A DNA stretch of 64,000 nucleotides from Escherichia phage kvi: sequence record MN850615.1; one strand, 5' to 3'. Of this stretch, positions 28,457-38,256 are shown in pieces. The first letter of the stretch is position 1; every line of letters starts with the position of its first letter. The notes under the pieces are model-generated. The model had not been told where the DNA came from. It searched no databases and saw nothing but the letters and a program-made list of their open reading frames with translations. Both the position numbers and the translations under genes were made by a program.

Positions 28457-28855
28457 TTACGGGTTTACTTCGTGCTCATTTTGAATCTTTAGCATTCTTT
28501 CGATAAATTTTTTCTCGGCTTCCTTGTCGGATGAGTGAGTATACTTCAATCCAATGTAAGCTGTCAAGTATTGTTGCAGAGCATAGACAGTAACAGGATT
28601 CTTTGCGGTCTTTTTGCCGTCGAGATATACCAGATCACCACGAACATCAAACGCAAGTTTACGACGAATCACATCATCAACAAATTTATCTAGAACAAAA
28701 TACCACTCAATACACTCTATCCCGTGACGGTAGTTCATTACATCATTATCTTTGATATAGTCAAACGGAATATGACATAATTTACTATTTTGTAGGATGA
28801 ATAGCATTTGTTCTTTTAAGCTCATACGTTTCATTCTATCACTTCCCATCAGCAA
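28457..28855 (-). CDS. hypothetical protein (132 aa); occupies the rpbA-like position
   Basis: track ORF; positional only. Confidence 0.45.
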   Translation of the reverse strand: MLMGSDRMKRMSLKEQMLFILQNSKLCHIPFDYIKDNDVMNYRHGIECIEWYFVLDKFVDDVIRRKLAFDVRGDLVYLDGKKTAKNPVTVYALQQYLTAYIGLKYTHSSDKEAEKKFIERMLKIQNEHEVNP

Positions 28856-29231
28856 TTGCGATTAGACGAGTTACTACTACGCTAGCGGCTTCAATCAGCA
28901 GTTCATCAGTATCAATCTGATAACCCTTTTCGAGAATATCTTTACCTCGAATAGTTTTAGCGCCTTTAGCAATTGAATCATCGTAATACTTGCGCATTGC
29001 CGCGATCCATTCTTTTTGCACCATATCATCAATATGCGCGTACAGTTCAAAGCGTGCTTGCTGCGGGATAACCTTCATTTTAGCTTTCTCGCTTTCCGGC
29101 ATTTGTAGTACCCACGCTTTACGGATCTTGTTCATTGCTCGGTCAAATTCGAGACTGGTTTTCTTGTTCTGAATGTCTGCTACAGTAATTTTAGCCAGGT
29201 TTGCGGAAGTAGTCATAATATTAATCTCCAA
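28839..29231 (-). CDS. hypothetical protein (130 aa)
   Basis: track ORF. Confidence 0.45.
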   Translation of the reverse strand: MEINIMTTSANLAKITVADIQNKKTSLEFDRAMNKIRKAWVLQMPESEKAKMKVIPQQARFELYAHIDDMVQKEWIAAMRKYYDDSIAKGAKTIRGKDILEKGYQIDTDELLIEAASVVVTRLIAIADGK

Positions 29232-29246
29232 AATAAAATCAGTATA

Positions 29247-29477
29247 TCACGTTCTAAAGTTTGTTGCAACCCCAGCATCAGGGTAATCAAGTTTATCAAA
29301 GTTTGGGACCAGCATAAACTCATGATGACGACAAGACAACATTTTTGTTATGTCTTCATCGCTGTATATGCTGTTTTTCATATCCCCCATACTAACTACA
29401 TATTCTTCACCGGAATATAGATTGATTAAGGTATACAATTCTAACTCCGGCTGCGTTACTCTGTCAAATGTTAACAT
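29247..29477 (-). CDS. hypothetical protein (76 aa)
   Basis: track ORF. Confidence 0.4.
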   Translation of the reverse strand: MLTFDRVTQPELELYTLINLYSGEEYVVSMGDMKNSIYSDEDITKMLSCRHHEFMLVPNFDKLDYPDAGVATNFRT

Positions 29478-31146
29478 TCATTTCAGTGAATCGCCCACGT
29501 TTAACCATCTTGAGATGACGGCTAAAATCATCAGGGTTATGGTCACGATGGCTGATAATATACACGTTATCATCTAACTTGTCAATGATGGAATCAAGTG
29601 CTTTTACGCCTTGAACGTCCGTAGCCCCATCATAAATTTCGTCGAGTACCAACAAAGAAATGTTAGTACCAGATACTTTACCAGCAACATCACGCCATGT
29701 AAAGAGCATCGCAAGGTCAATACGTGCTTTTTCGCCTTGACTGAACGATGTATACGAAAACGATTCACGCCCCCGTGATTTGATTGTTTCGTTAAACTCT
29801 TCATCTAGCGTAAAGATATAATCCGCTTCCATGATATCAAGATAATACGCAATCCGATCATTGAAATATGGAATATATTTCTTGACGATAGACGCCTTAA
29901 CACCGGAATCCTTCAACATTTCTGTTACAAATCCACGGTGATATTTTTCAAGAACTAGCTTTGATTTTTCATTAGTAATCTCTACCAGTTCGTGTTCCAG
30001 TTTAGCAAGTTCTTCGGAATTGTCAACCCTTTCTTTTTGTAATTCCTGAATTGCTTTCTGGATCTGTTTAGCCCGACCTACAGATGCCGTTAAATTCGCT
30101 CTCTGTGACTCTATAGCGCGTTTAATTTCCAAGACCTTAGTTTGTGCTGTCTGGAAAGAATTGGCTTTCTCTGCGTATTCTACGCGTTTCTCGTCAATAA
30201 GAGACAGTTTATGTTCGGCTTGTGCTTTTTGTTCGCGTACAGCCTGATCATTACCCTGAATGATCGGTTGTGTGCACGTAGGACAGATCCCGCCTTTCTC
30301 GTGCATATGGATAACACGGTCAAAGTTCTGGATCTGCGCACCAATCTGTGCGATAGCAGTATTAATTTTAGCCAATGCTGCGCTAGGATCTTCCGGCATA
30401 ACAACAGACAATAGCTCATCGGTCAAGCGCGTTTCTTCGGCTTTAAACGCTTTAGCTGATTCTACTTCTTTCTCGTACATATTCTGCAAACGCTGTAGAT
30501 TCTCGGCACTCGCCTTGCTAGCGTCTTCTATGTACTTTTTATGAGTGTTGATTTGTTGCTGAACGTGATTAGCTTTCATTTCCTGCATTTGGATATTCTG
30601 GGTAATCTCGCGCACATACGCTTTATTCAGTTTATCCATTTCGCCTAGCGTAGCAATATCAAGCAAATCCTCGACCAGTTTACGGCGACCCGCTGCCGGA
30701 AGACTCATAAACGGAACATAACCAGCAGTTCCTAAAACAACGATCTGTTTAAAGCTGGCTAGGTTCATTCCTATGATACCTTCAAAATATTCCTGAAAGT
30801 CTTTGGTGCTTGCGCTCTCGTCGATCTTTTGACCGTCGCGATGCACTTCGAATACTTCCGGTTTTTGACCACGTTTGATATAAAACTCTTTCCCGTCCAG
30901 TTCAAACCAGACTTCGACTAACAGTTTCTTTTTGTTGACGCTGTTAATCAATTGGCCTTTCTTGATACTACGAAACGGTTTACCGAACAACACAAAGCAA
31001 AGCGCCTCGATCATTGTTGATTTACCAGCACCGTTAACACCAGTGATTAGTGTCTTTTTGAATCCGTCTAGCTGAATCTCTACAGGTTCAGCACCCACGC
31101 TCATTATATTTTGATAGCGCAAGGTTTTAAAATTTAACTTTGCCAT
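29464..31146 (-). CDS. 46: recombination nuclease ATPase subunit (Rad50/SbcC-like)
   Basis: Walker A ..GVNGAGKST..; coiled-coil middle; C-terminal ..LLVLDEI..; ATG 31146 gives 560 aa. Confidence 0.9.
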   Translation of the reverse strand: MAKLNFKTLRYQNIMSVGAEPVEIQLDGFKKTLITGVNGAGKSTMIEALCFVLFGKPFRSIKKGQLINSVNKKKLLVEVWFELDGKEFYIKRGQKPEVFEVHRDGQKIDESASTKDFQEYFEGIIGMNLASFKQIVVLGTAGYVPFMSLPAAGRRKLVEDLLDIATLGEMDKLNKAYVREITQNIQMQEMKANHVQQQINTHKKYIEDASKASAENLQRLQNMYEKEVESAKAFKAEETRLTDELLSVVMPEDPSAALAKINTAIAQIGAQIQNFDRVIHMHEKGGICPTCTQPIIQGNDQAVREQKAQAEHKLSLIDEKRVEYAEKANSFQTAQTKVLEIKRAIESQRANLTASVGRAKQIQKAIQELQKERVDNSEELAKLEHELVEITNEKSKLVLEKYHRGFVTEMLKDSGVKASIVKKYIPYFNDRIAYYLDIMEADYIFTLDEEFNETIKSRGRESFSYTSFSQGEKARIDLAMLFTWRDVAGKVSGTNISLLVLDEIYDGATDVQGVKALDSIIDKLDDNVYIISHRDHNPDDFSRHLKMVKRGRFTEMNVNI

Positions 31147-31390
31147 TAATCCACTCCGCAATCACACATTCCATAATATTAAATGCTAACACATCTTCAT
31201 CAATGTTGTAAACACTTGCCGCCTTCACTTTAACTAATGTGTCTCTGCGATCTGGCAACATGATCACATAATCCAGTGTCGCAGGATCATATGTCATAAA
31301 GGGATCAACATAAATCCCTTTATTCAATGCCAGATATTCGCGAAGACCTTCTATAACCCTGTGTCTAAGGTAGGTCATCGATAGAATCAT
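31127..31390 (-). CDS. hypothetical protein (87 aa)
   Basis: track ORF. Confidence 0.45.
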   Translation of the reverse strand: MILSMTYLRHRVIEGLREYLALNKGIYVDPFMTYDPATLDYVIMLPDRRDTLVKVKAASVYNIDEDVLAFNIMECVIAEWINGKVKF

Positions 31391-31983
31391 TTTAGTTTAT
31401 GTTCCTCTAAAAATTCTTCAATTTCACCTTGCAGGTCTTCCGCTTGCTGTTCCAGAATATCGCGAAATTCACCTACAGTCAAGCGGTAATCACATTTCAC
31501 CAGTCGATGCGGGAGAATATACCCTTTATACATTGTCTCTGACGCTTCCAGGAATACCCCACTATGCATGACAGAGATCCAACCTGTTAACGTCAATGGA
31601 GTATTCGGAAAATAATACTTGCTGGATTGTTTCCACTGTACGAAAGCACCATATACAATCGGATTATATTCACCAACCACACTCTTAATAATGGATTCTA
31701 CTTTGTCTTTTACAAAGTCGCCAATGTCCATAGTTACCATCAAATCCTGTGGATGAATCACTTTAAGGTAACGACGATAACCGTCATCATACCACATCTT
31801 AACCACTGGCTGACCCCACATTTTAGCAATACTCGCTTTCAGATAGCCATAGATCGGATTCTTGCAATGTGATTGTTTTAGTGTGTATGTGTGCACCAAT
31901 TTAATAAAATGTTCCATTACCAACAAATCAGAATCAGCCGCGACCATAGTCGTATTCATAATATGTTCCTCGTTCAATCTCAT
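31387..31983 (-). CDS. hypothetical protein (198 aa)
   Basis: track ORF. Confidence 0.5.
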   Translation of the reverse strand: MRLNEEHIMNTTMVAADSDLLVMEHFIKLVHTYTLKQSHCKNPIYGYLKASIAKMWGQPVVKMWYDDGYRRYLKVIHPQDLMVTMDIGDFVKDKVESIIKSVVGEYNPIVYGAFVQWKQSSKYYFPNTPLTLTGWISVMHSGVFLEASETMYKGYILPHRLVKCDYRLTVGEFRDILEQQAEDLQGEIEEFLEEHKLK

Positions 31984-32251
31984 ATTGTTTCAGGTCTTCT
32001 AAAAGTTCATCCACTGCTTGTTTCAGTACATGACGCAGCGTAAAGTAATAGCTTTCATCAAATTCTATTTCCGCGCGAGGAATAGAGCGAAACTTACACT
32101 TAACGGTAGTATCAGTGAGTCGCTTTTCGACCATCATCCGAACTTCTTCATGCTCTTTGGAATACCATACATCAACGGAGATCCCCTTACGTCGAGCAAA
32201 CATAGGCAATGCCTCATTAAATTCCATTACCTTTTGTGCAAGTGTTTTCAT
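31934..32251 (-). CDS. hypothetical protein (105 aa)
   Basis: track ORF. Confidence 0.45.
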   Translation of the reverse strand: MKTLAQKVMEFNEALPMFARRKGISVDVWYSKEHEEVRMMVEKRLTDTTVKCKFRSIPRAEIEFDESYYFTLRHVLKQAVDELLEDLKQYEIERGTYYEYDYGRG

Positions 32252-32499
32252 CGTACAGACCCCATAGATCCACGCGCAATAACATTCTGGGTAATATCAG
32301 CAACCTTACGGGATACGATGTTTGTTAGCCCCTCTTTGGTGATATTTTCACGATCAAATGGGATTTCGTCATGAGTCCACAAACCATAGTTAGATCGAAA
32401 TGATAGCATATACTGACCATCTCGCACAACCTCAAATACATGGATCTTAGTGAATTTCGATAAACCTTCGTTGATTTCTTTCAATGCATTAGTAATCAT
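32248..32499 (-). CDS. hypothetical protein (83 aa)
   Basis: track ORF 32248..32511 (TTG) trimmed to ATG 32499 with GGAGG SD. Confidence 0.45.
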   Translation of the reverse strand: MITNALKEINEGLSKFTKIHVFEVVRDGQYMLSFRSNYGLWTHDEIPFDRENITKEGLTNIVSRKVADITQNVIARGSMGSVR

Positions 32500-32524
32500 A
32501 ACAACCTCCAATCAATTTTTAGAG

Positions 32525-32553
32525 AGTATAACGGGGATTTCTCCCCGCGTCAA
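32525..32553 (-). promoter_or_regulatory. sigma70-type promoter with hairpin spacer (TTGACG-cggggagaaatccccgt-TATACT)
   Basis: rc of 32548..32553 TTGACG; rc of 32525..32530 TATACT; spacer holds ggggag/ctcccc inverted repeat. Confidence 0.55.
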
Positions 32554-33579
32554 CTAACTTTTTGCGCTATTTACCTCGGCTAAAAGTTCATCAGAAATAC
32601 GCTTGACCGCCGCAAGTTCTTCCGGTTCTAGGTTTTGTTCTTCCAGATATTCATATACCATCTGAATAGTGCTTTTAACTTCAATAACACCTGTTTCCTG
32701 TGATGCGCTACTCTCCAGTTTATGGACCACTTTTAGCTTGTGTACAACGGCCTCTAACGCGCTTTCTAACTTAGTTAACCCATTATCAGCAACCGTTGCA
32801 ATAAGACGCACACTAAGCCCCTTAAAGCGTTCTACATCGATTTTATCATCTGACGGGTAAGTGATACGCACATGATAAGTTTTGTCATTCTGGATAAACT
32901 CTTTTTTGTGTGTATCGGTATCGAATACCCAAAACCCACGCGGATCGTTTTCGTCACCCGCCGTTAGTGTGTATGGTGTACCGATATACGTTACATTACC
33001 GCCATCGCTGATAGTATGAAAATGACCGGAAAACACTTCACGGTATTTCTTGAGGAAGTCCGCGCTATAACCTTCGGATTTTAGCCCTTTATAGAAATAG
33101 TAACCGGACAATTCCCAATGGCCTACACAATATTCGCTGAATGAGTTTTGAATAAACTCTAAAATCTCTGATTTATTGTCATCACAAAACCACGGGAACA
33201 GATCAAATGATACACCATCAAAGGTAACTGTTTCCGGTTTATCGATAACCTTAATGCAATCATACTGGCTTAACACTTCACGCGGTGCGTTAGGCTGGAT
33301 CTTGTTTCGTTTAAACATATCATGGTTCCCGACCGTGATATAACAAGTAATTCCAGCCTCTTCCAGTAATGGGATGACCTTAGTACGGTTAAATTTCATG
33401 GTTTCATGGGTAATTGCTTTTCGGCAATCAAACCAATCCCCTGTTTGAATCCATGTCTTAATATTATGCTCTTTGGAGTATTCAACCGCCTTCTTGATGG
33501 TATCAAGAATATACTCATGCACCCACGGATCATCGCCACCGATACCAGTATGCAGATCACCTAAAAGCAAAATTTTCAT
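32554..33579 (-). CDS. 47: recombination nuclease subunit (Mre11/SbcD-like phosphoesterase)
   Basis: 341 aa; phosphoesterase motifs ..LLLGDLH.., ..GDWFD.., ..GNHD.., ..GHFH.. Confidence 0.9.
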   Translation of the reverse strand: MKILLLGDLHTGIGGDDPWVHEYILDTIKKAVEYSKEHNIKTWIQTGDWFDCRKAITHETMKFNRTKVIPLLEEAGITCYITVGNHDMFKRNKIQPNAPREVLSQYDCIKVIDKPETVTFDGVSFDLFPWFCDDNKSEILEFIQNSFSEYCVGHWELSGYYFYKGLKSEGYSADFLKKYREVFSGHFHTISDGGNVTYIGTPYTLTAGDENDPRGFWVFDTDTHKKEFIQNDKTYHVRITYPSDDKIDVERFKGLSVRLIATVADNGLTKLESALEAVVHKLKVVHKLESSASQETGVIEVKSTIQMVYEYLEEQNLEPEELAAVKRISDELLAEVNSAKS

Positions 33580-33669
33580 AGTCTCTTCCTCTCTTCGTTT
33601 TCGATGCTCTCACTATATCACAGAAAAATAAAAAGGGAAACCCCTTTCAGAGTCTCCCTTATAAAGCCA

Positions 33670-33957
33670 TTACAGCATACTTAATACCGTTTGCCGTGTA
33701 CTAATCCACATAGCAGAAAGCAGTTCTGGCGTGTGTGGCTGTTTGTAGATATCACGTAACTTTCCGATAGCGTAGATATACGCATCACGGTTATCATCGA
33801 TGATAGCTTGTTCAGCCCACCGCTTAAGGCGTGCAATCTCTCGCGAGTTCTTACGCAAGATCTTTTCCGCTTTCTTAGCGGCTTTAGCCTCTAGTTCTGC
33901 TTGTACTTTGTCTACTTCATTCACTGCAATCTGGTCATGCTGTTCATTGCAAGTCAT
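33670..33957 (-). CDS. hypothetical protein (95 aa)
   Basis: track ORF. Confidence 0.45.
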   Translation of the reverse strand: MTCNEQHDQIAVNEVDKVQAELEAKAAKKAEKILRKNSREIARLKRWAEQAIIDDNRDAYIYAIGKLRDIYKQPHTPELLSAMWISTRQTVLSML

Positions 33958-33958
33958 A

Positions 33959-34192
33959 TTATTTTACCTCTGGGATATAATCAATTATTAAAGAAAATTC
34001 ATCTTCTGATACATTATAGCTATGTGAGATTGTACCCGTAAAGACCTCAAGATCCGGTGATTTGATATTGCACGGATCGATAATCACCGGAACGCCGCAA
34101 TCTCTCAAAAATAATTTGGCGAAATACGGCACAAGGTCAGTTTCAAACTCTGCTTCTTCCAGCAAACGGGAAATGTTAATTTTCAATCTCAT
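33959..34192 (-). CDS. hypothetical protein (77 aa)
   Basis: track ORF. Confidence 0.4.
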   Translation of the reverse strand: MRLKINISRLLEEAEFETDLVPYFAKLFLRDCGVPVIIDPCNIKSPDLEVFTGTISHSYNVSEDEFSLIIDYIPEVK

Positions 34193-34709
34193 AAAATTGG
34201 TCCAAGCTAGGCAATTCCTCGGTCAATACATCTTCAACCTTTGGCGCTTTCGGTTTATTGACCGATTCCTCGTAGTTGTTGATTTTATCGTAAATGTCCT
34301 GTATGAATGCCTCATCAGCAATCTGGCACATATCAGCGTCGCGTTCGTCATATACATGATGCACAAAATATTTGTATTTTGCGGCTGTCGCTGTTCTCTC
34401 TTTTTTAATGCGCTGTACAAAAGCATTAAAGCACGCTTGCGTGATGTAAGCATGAGGATTTTTATACTTTGTCTCGTCAAAATTAATCAAACCCTTGACC
34501 GCCGCTTCGATTCCGTCGTCGATCATTTCTTCGCGCCATGTTTGACTATAACCAGAAAAGTTAAAACGACGTGATAGATTTTTAGAGATTTGCATAATTG
34601 CTAGGCCGATTTGATCGCTCATTGGAACTTGCCGACCTTCTGCTGCAATTTGTTGTTTCCAACGGCAAATTTCTTCGTAAAGCTCTTTATTGTTTACATA
34701 ATCAGACAC
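34176..34709 (-). CDS. 55: late-transcription sigma factor
   Basis: 177 aa; ..[56 protein letters not shown].. recalls T4 gp55. Confidence 0.9.
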   Translation of the reverse strand: MSDYVNNKELYEEICRWKQQIAAEGRQVPMSDQIGLAIMQISKNLSRRFNFSGYSQTWREEMIDDGIEAAVKGLINFDETKYKNPHAYITQACFNAFVQRIKKERTATAAKYKYFVHHVYDERDADMCQIADEAFIQDIYDKINNYEESVNKPKAPKVEDVLTEELPSLDQFYEIEN

Positions 34710-34749
34710 TTCGCACCCTCGCTATTATTTAGGAAATAACCCTTTCGGG

Positions 34750-36219
34750 CTATTCCCCATTGCCATTATACTTTCTTTGCTTAGTTATCCACACTCTAAC
34801 CATCTCTACAGATTCGCCGTCAGACGGATCAAGAGTTTTTCCTTTTTTCTTCATGCGGTACTTAAATCCGTTAAATCTTGCATTCTCTTGCTCGTTAAAG
34901 TCGAACATCTTTTTAAATGATTTTCGCCCTTTACGCTCACCACATTCTAGCGGAATCATTCGGTCTGTTATTACATTGGCATTAGGTAGAAACGTTTTTA
35001 GATAATCCACCAACGCCCAATCAGGAACATATAGATTAACATTCTCCTTGCTCTCGTTGTCTCTCAGGTTACAACGCAAACATAATTGAAATGCTGGTTC
35101 CAGATAATCAGACACATGACGCGCTTTCAAAAACTCGTTTGTCGGGAGATCACAACTATTAGCAAGACCTTTTAAAATATCAATCTCCCATCGTTGAGGG
35201 TTAAAGCTGAACATCACAGCAACATTTTTATGATGAATGTAAGAGTTAAGACCATAAGATCCGTAAGGTATCCGCTCACCAATACCATTTGTACACGCTT
35301 CTCGGTCCCGATTCACGGTATAAATGAAGTCATCGCCACATTCATTTTTAACCATATCAACAAGACGTTCAAAGGTATTGTTTGTTTCTGACTGGTGACG
35401 CGACCATCGTTCAGAGTCCGTCATAAGGATGATATTAACTCTATCTGTATTTTTATACTCTTTGAAATATAGTCTGGATTCTAGCGCACTCGGAACAAAA
35501 TCGCAATTTGCATAGTATCGTAGATACTTCCCACTATATGTATCAAAGAGATTTGCACATGCTATCGTAACCTTTTTAAAGTCTCCCCACGTACCGTGTT
35601 TGTTATCGTTCAAGAAAACAATTTTCGACCCATTCTTCCGGTGTCCTTCGTTATGTTTTACCATAACGTTGATTTTCTTCTCTAATAACGCCTCATAAAG
35701 CCCTCTAAGAGAAGAATCGATCATATCAGTACCATCCTTCGCACTTTCTATCTTTTCTTTGATAGCGGCCTTCTCAGAGTCTTTTAGAACTAAGTTCTGT
35801 AGGCATTCCGATTCGTCGGCGATTGGTTCGCAATGCTTCGTGATAAGTTCAAGATTAGACTTAAACGGATACTCATTAAATTCAACCAGTTGAGGAACTT
35901 CATCAATGTAAAGAGCATAATCACCAAACATTTTTGAACGTTCCATATTAGATAACGCTGTATGTGTAATGAATATCACATCAGCACCGTCTTTAACTGA
36001 TTGCATTATCGACGCTTGCACTGTCTTAAGGCTTCTTAGTCTTGTGCTATCAATCAAGACAGCACGACCGCCCATTCTTTTAAACTTATTGTAAGATTGT
36101 TCACTTAAAACACGAGATGGCGAAGCAATAACCGCTTTTTCTTTTGTCTCTAGGACGTGGGAAAGTATAGCATCAGTTTTCCCCGCCGCTGGCAATGCGA
36201 TTAATGTTTCAATCTTCAT
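34750..36219 (-). CDS. P-loop NTPase, possibly SF2-helicase-like (489 aa)
   Basis: Walker A ..ALPAAGKT.., motif-Ia-like ..ASPSRVLSEQ.., Walker B ..YIDEVPQ..; basic C-terminal tail. Confidence 0.5.
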   Translation of the reverse strand: MKIETLIALPAAGKTDAILSHVLETKEKAVIASPSRVLSEQSYNKFKRMGGRAVLIDSTRLRSLKTVQASIMQSVKDGADVIFITHTALSNMERSKMFGDYALYIDEVPQLVEFNEYPFKSNLELITKHCEPIADESECLQNLVLKDSEKAAIKEKIESAKDGTDMIDSSLRGLYEALLEKKINVMVKHNEGHRKNGSKIVFLNDNKHGTWGDFKKVTIACANLFDTYSGKYLRYYANCDFVPSALESRLYFKEYKNTDRVNIILMTDSERWSRHQSETNNTFERLVDMVKNECGDDFIYTVNRDREACTNGIGERIPYGSYGLNSYIHHKNVAVMFSFNPQRWEIDILKGLANSCDLPTNEFLKARHVSDYLEPAFQLCLRCNLRDNESKENVNLYVPDWALVDYLKTFLPNANVITDRMIPLECGERKGRKSFKKMFDFNEQENARFNGFKYRMKKKGKTLDPSDGESVEMVRVWITKQRKYNGNGE

Positions 36220-36524
36220 TAGAAACCCTTACGTCGTGCTTTCTGGCATTTCTTGATCATTTTATCAGAAATTTCGCGCTTAGGTGCAATCTCTTTCACA
36301 CCGAAAGCACTAATGCCAAATTCAGAGAGAATATATTCAACCAACAATTCACGCACACGCGCTTTACCGATATTCACGCCGTTATTTTTCAGATATGTCT
36401 GGCCTTCGACTTGCATCAGATCTAAATCCGCGTCGGTAATATTGATTTCTTCCATGCGCCCAAATCGAGAATAAACCATGTGTGCGATTGCATTGTGTAC
36501 TAACATAATATATTCCTCACTCAA
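36219..36524 (-). CDS. hypothetical protein (101 aa)
   Basis: track ORF. Confidence 0.45.
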   Translation of the reverse strand: MSEEYIMLVHNAIAHMVYSRFGRMEEINITDADLDLMQVEGQTYLKNNGVNIGKARVRELLVEYILSEFGISAFGVKEIAPKREISDKMIKKCQKARRKGF

Positions 36525-36526
36525 GA

Positions 36527-36686
36527 ATTACTTAATGATACTTACTTTACCAGATCCGTGACAATGAGCGCAACACCCATCACCACGCAATCCTGTTCCG
36601 TTACAGTGTTTACACTTCTTCAACGGTAAAGCCATTATAGCAAATAAAGCAATAATGAACACCGAAACTAAATTCTCAATAATCAT
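36527..36686 (-). pseudogene. small membrane-anchored ORF with two CxxCxGxG motifs, disrupted by an apparent 1-nt frameshift
   Basis: frame 1 from ATG 36686 gives MIIENLVSVFIIALFAIMALPLKKCKHC then stops; removing one A from the aaa run at about 36598..36600 gives ..CKHCNGTGLRGDGCCAHCHGSGKVSIIK. Confidence 0.35.
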
Positions 36687-36945
36687 AAATCGCCCTCAGT
36701 TCTTTATAGCCTCCAATGTGCTCGTTGTCAATGAATATCTGGGGGTATACAAACCGGAGGCTCTTTGAGTTTAGCCTCCCCGCCAGTTCTTCAATCATAT
36801 CACGGTCGGGAATAATGTCAACCCCGACCTGCTTGAATACTGGTTTAAGTGTATACGGAATACCCAGATCATCCAGTAGCTTCATTGCACTAATACAACC
36901 ATAACAATGATAAGCCTCTTTCGGTATACCGTATATCTCGATCAT
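36676..36945 (-). CDS. nrdH: glutaredoxin-like protein (NrdH-like)
   Basis: 89 aa; CxxC-type active site (..CYGC..), C-terminal ..HIGGYKEL.. glutaredoxin fold signature; next to the nrdG/nrdD region. Confidence 0.7.
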   Translation of the reverse strand: MIEIYGIPKEAYHCYGCISAMKLLDDLGIPYTLKPVFKQVGVDIIPDRDMIEELAGRLNSKSLRFVYPQIFIDNEHIGGYKELRAIYDY

Positions 36946-37442
36946 TTCTCAGCCTTTAATCTTTCTAGTTCTTCTTCCAGTTCCTTGATCCGTTGGTCAC
37001 GTTCAAAGTCACGCTGTAACTTAGTGGCGAATACTCGTTTAAACTGATTGTAATCATCGATTTTAAACACTTCTTCTTCGCCATAGCGACGCACAGAAAC
37101 TTCGTAGTTATTGAAGAATTGTTGCATCATTGCTTCGGATGATAGCTCTGCTGATACCACTTTAAAATATTGATCTTCTGTAGGCGAAAACCAATTACAA
37201 GCATAAAGATAAACCTTTTCATTGTCTGGACACTGGTAAGCCTTACCATCGATTTCAATCACAGAAACATACTCAGGTATACTAGATGAATCAATAGCTA
37301 AGACTTTAAACGCACGGTCCCCGATAAACTCGGAGATCACACGATTCGCATCACTGGTTGCAAATGCTTTACGCGCTTGTTCGTTTTTCCACTGATAGGT
37401 CATACCAACAACAAACATATTACCAACCTCGCTCTTTACCAA
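36942..37442 (-). CDS. member of a tandem paralogous family (N-terminal beta-rich module with ..IEIDG.. and C-terminal helical tail)
   Basis: 166 aa; shares ..TYQWKNE.., ..VIEIDGKAY.., coiled-coil tail with neighbours. Confidence 0.5.
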   Translation of the reverse strand: MVKSEVGNMFVVGMTYQWKNEQARKAFATSDANRVISEFIGDRAFKVLAIDSSSIPEYVSVIEIDGKAYQCPDNEKVYLYACNWFSPTEDQYFKVVSAELSSEAMMQQFFNNYEVSVRRYGEEEVFKIDDYNQFKRVFATKLQRDFERDQRIKELEEELERLKAEK

Positions 37443-38244
37443 TCAAAAATTCAACTTCACGACGTTTAATGTCTTCTTGAAGGTCTTTAATCTTCTGGCG
37501 ATCTTGCATGATTTCATCCATCTTGTCAAGTGCCGCAATGAAATCATCGAAACGTTCAAAGGTTTTACCTTCATTTGCTTCGCCAAATTTAACCATTGTC
37601 AGGCCGTAACGACTACTAAACAGACGTTTCAACTGTCCAACGATCTTAGAATCAGTGGTTATAACTTCCAATTCTTCTACTTCACGAAAGAATTTTCTAT
37701 CAGAATCAATAAACCAGCTAGTTCCTTTATGGTCTCTATCTTCGGTTGCGCTCATTAGAGTATGGTCTTTACCATCAATTTCAATTACATCAATTTGCCC
37801 ACATGGACGAACATTTTTAACAGTAAAAGGTCTATAATTTATTGCTCGTGCAATAACATAATTAAGGTTAGATACGTTTTCAGCATAATGGCAGAAGTCG
37901 GTCATAGCATTCACATCTTTCCAAGTATAAGTTTTACCAACTTCCCATTTCTGGGGAACTTCTTCAACTTCACGAAAGAATTTTCTATCAAATGGACTAA
38001 AGAAATATGTTGCAGTCCAAATGTCTTTTCCTGTAGCAGTTTTCGCCGTATGATAAACACCGTCTAGCTCTATTGCATTAATCCAACCGTTACCCTCGAT
38101 CTCGATGATGGTAAATGGCTTGTCACCAATAGCTGCACTAATATCGCTGTTAAGTGGAGAAAGAACACCTTCTCCGTTAGTAATAAACTCAGTTTTAGCG
38201 TTTTCATCTTTCCAGGTGTAAGTTTTACCAATTTCCCATTTCAT
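37420..38244 (-). CDS. paralogous family member with two tandem copies of the N-terminal module
   Basis: 274 aa; MKWEIGKTYTWKDENAKTEF..IEIEG..FDRKFFREVEE then KWEVGKTYTWKDVNAMTDF..IEIDG..SDRKFFREVEE. Confidence 0.55.
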   Translation of the reverse strand: MKWEIGKTYTWKDENAKTEFITNGEGVLSPLNSDISAAIGDKPFTIIEIEGNGWINAIELDGVYHTAKTATGKDIWTATYFFSPFDRKFFREVEEVPQKWEVGKTYTWKDVNAMTDFCHYAENVSNLNYVIARAINYRPFTVKNVRPCGQIDVIEIDGKDHTLMSATEDRDHKGTSWFIDSDRKFFREVEELEVITTDSKIVGQLKRLFSSRYGLTMVKFGEANEGKTFERFDDFIAALDKMDEIMQDRQKIKDLQEDIKRREVEFLIGKERGW

Positions 38245-38256
38245 AATATATTCCCC

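Noticed and set aside
34062-34574. 170-aa plus-strand ORF
   Set aside because: Lies entirely inside the minus-strand gene 55 and neighbouring ORFs, which have clear homology; no promoter or RBS context; treated as a shadow ORF
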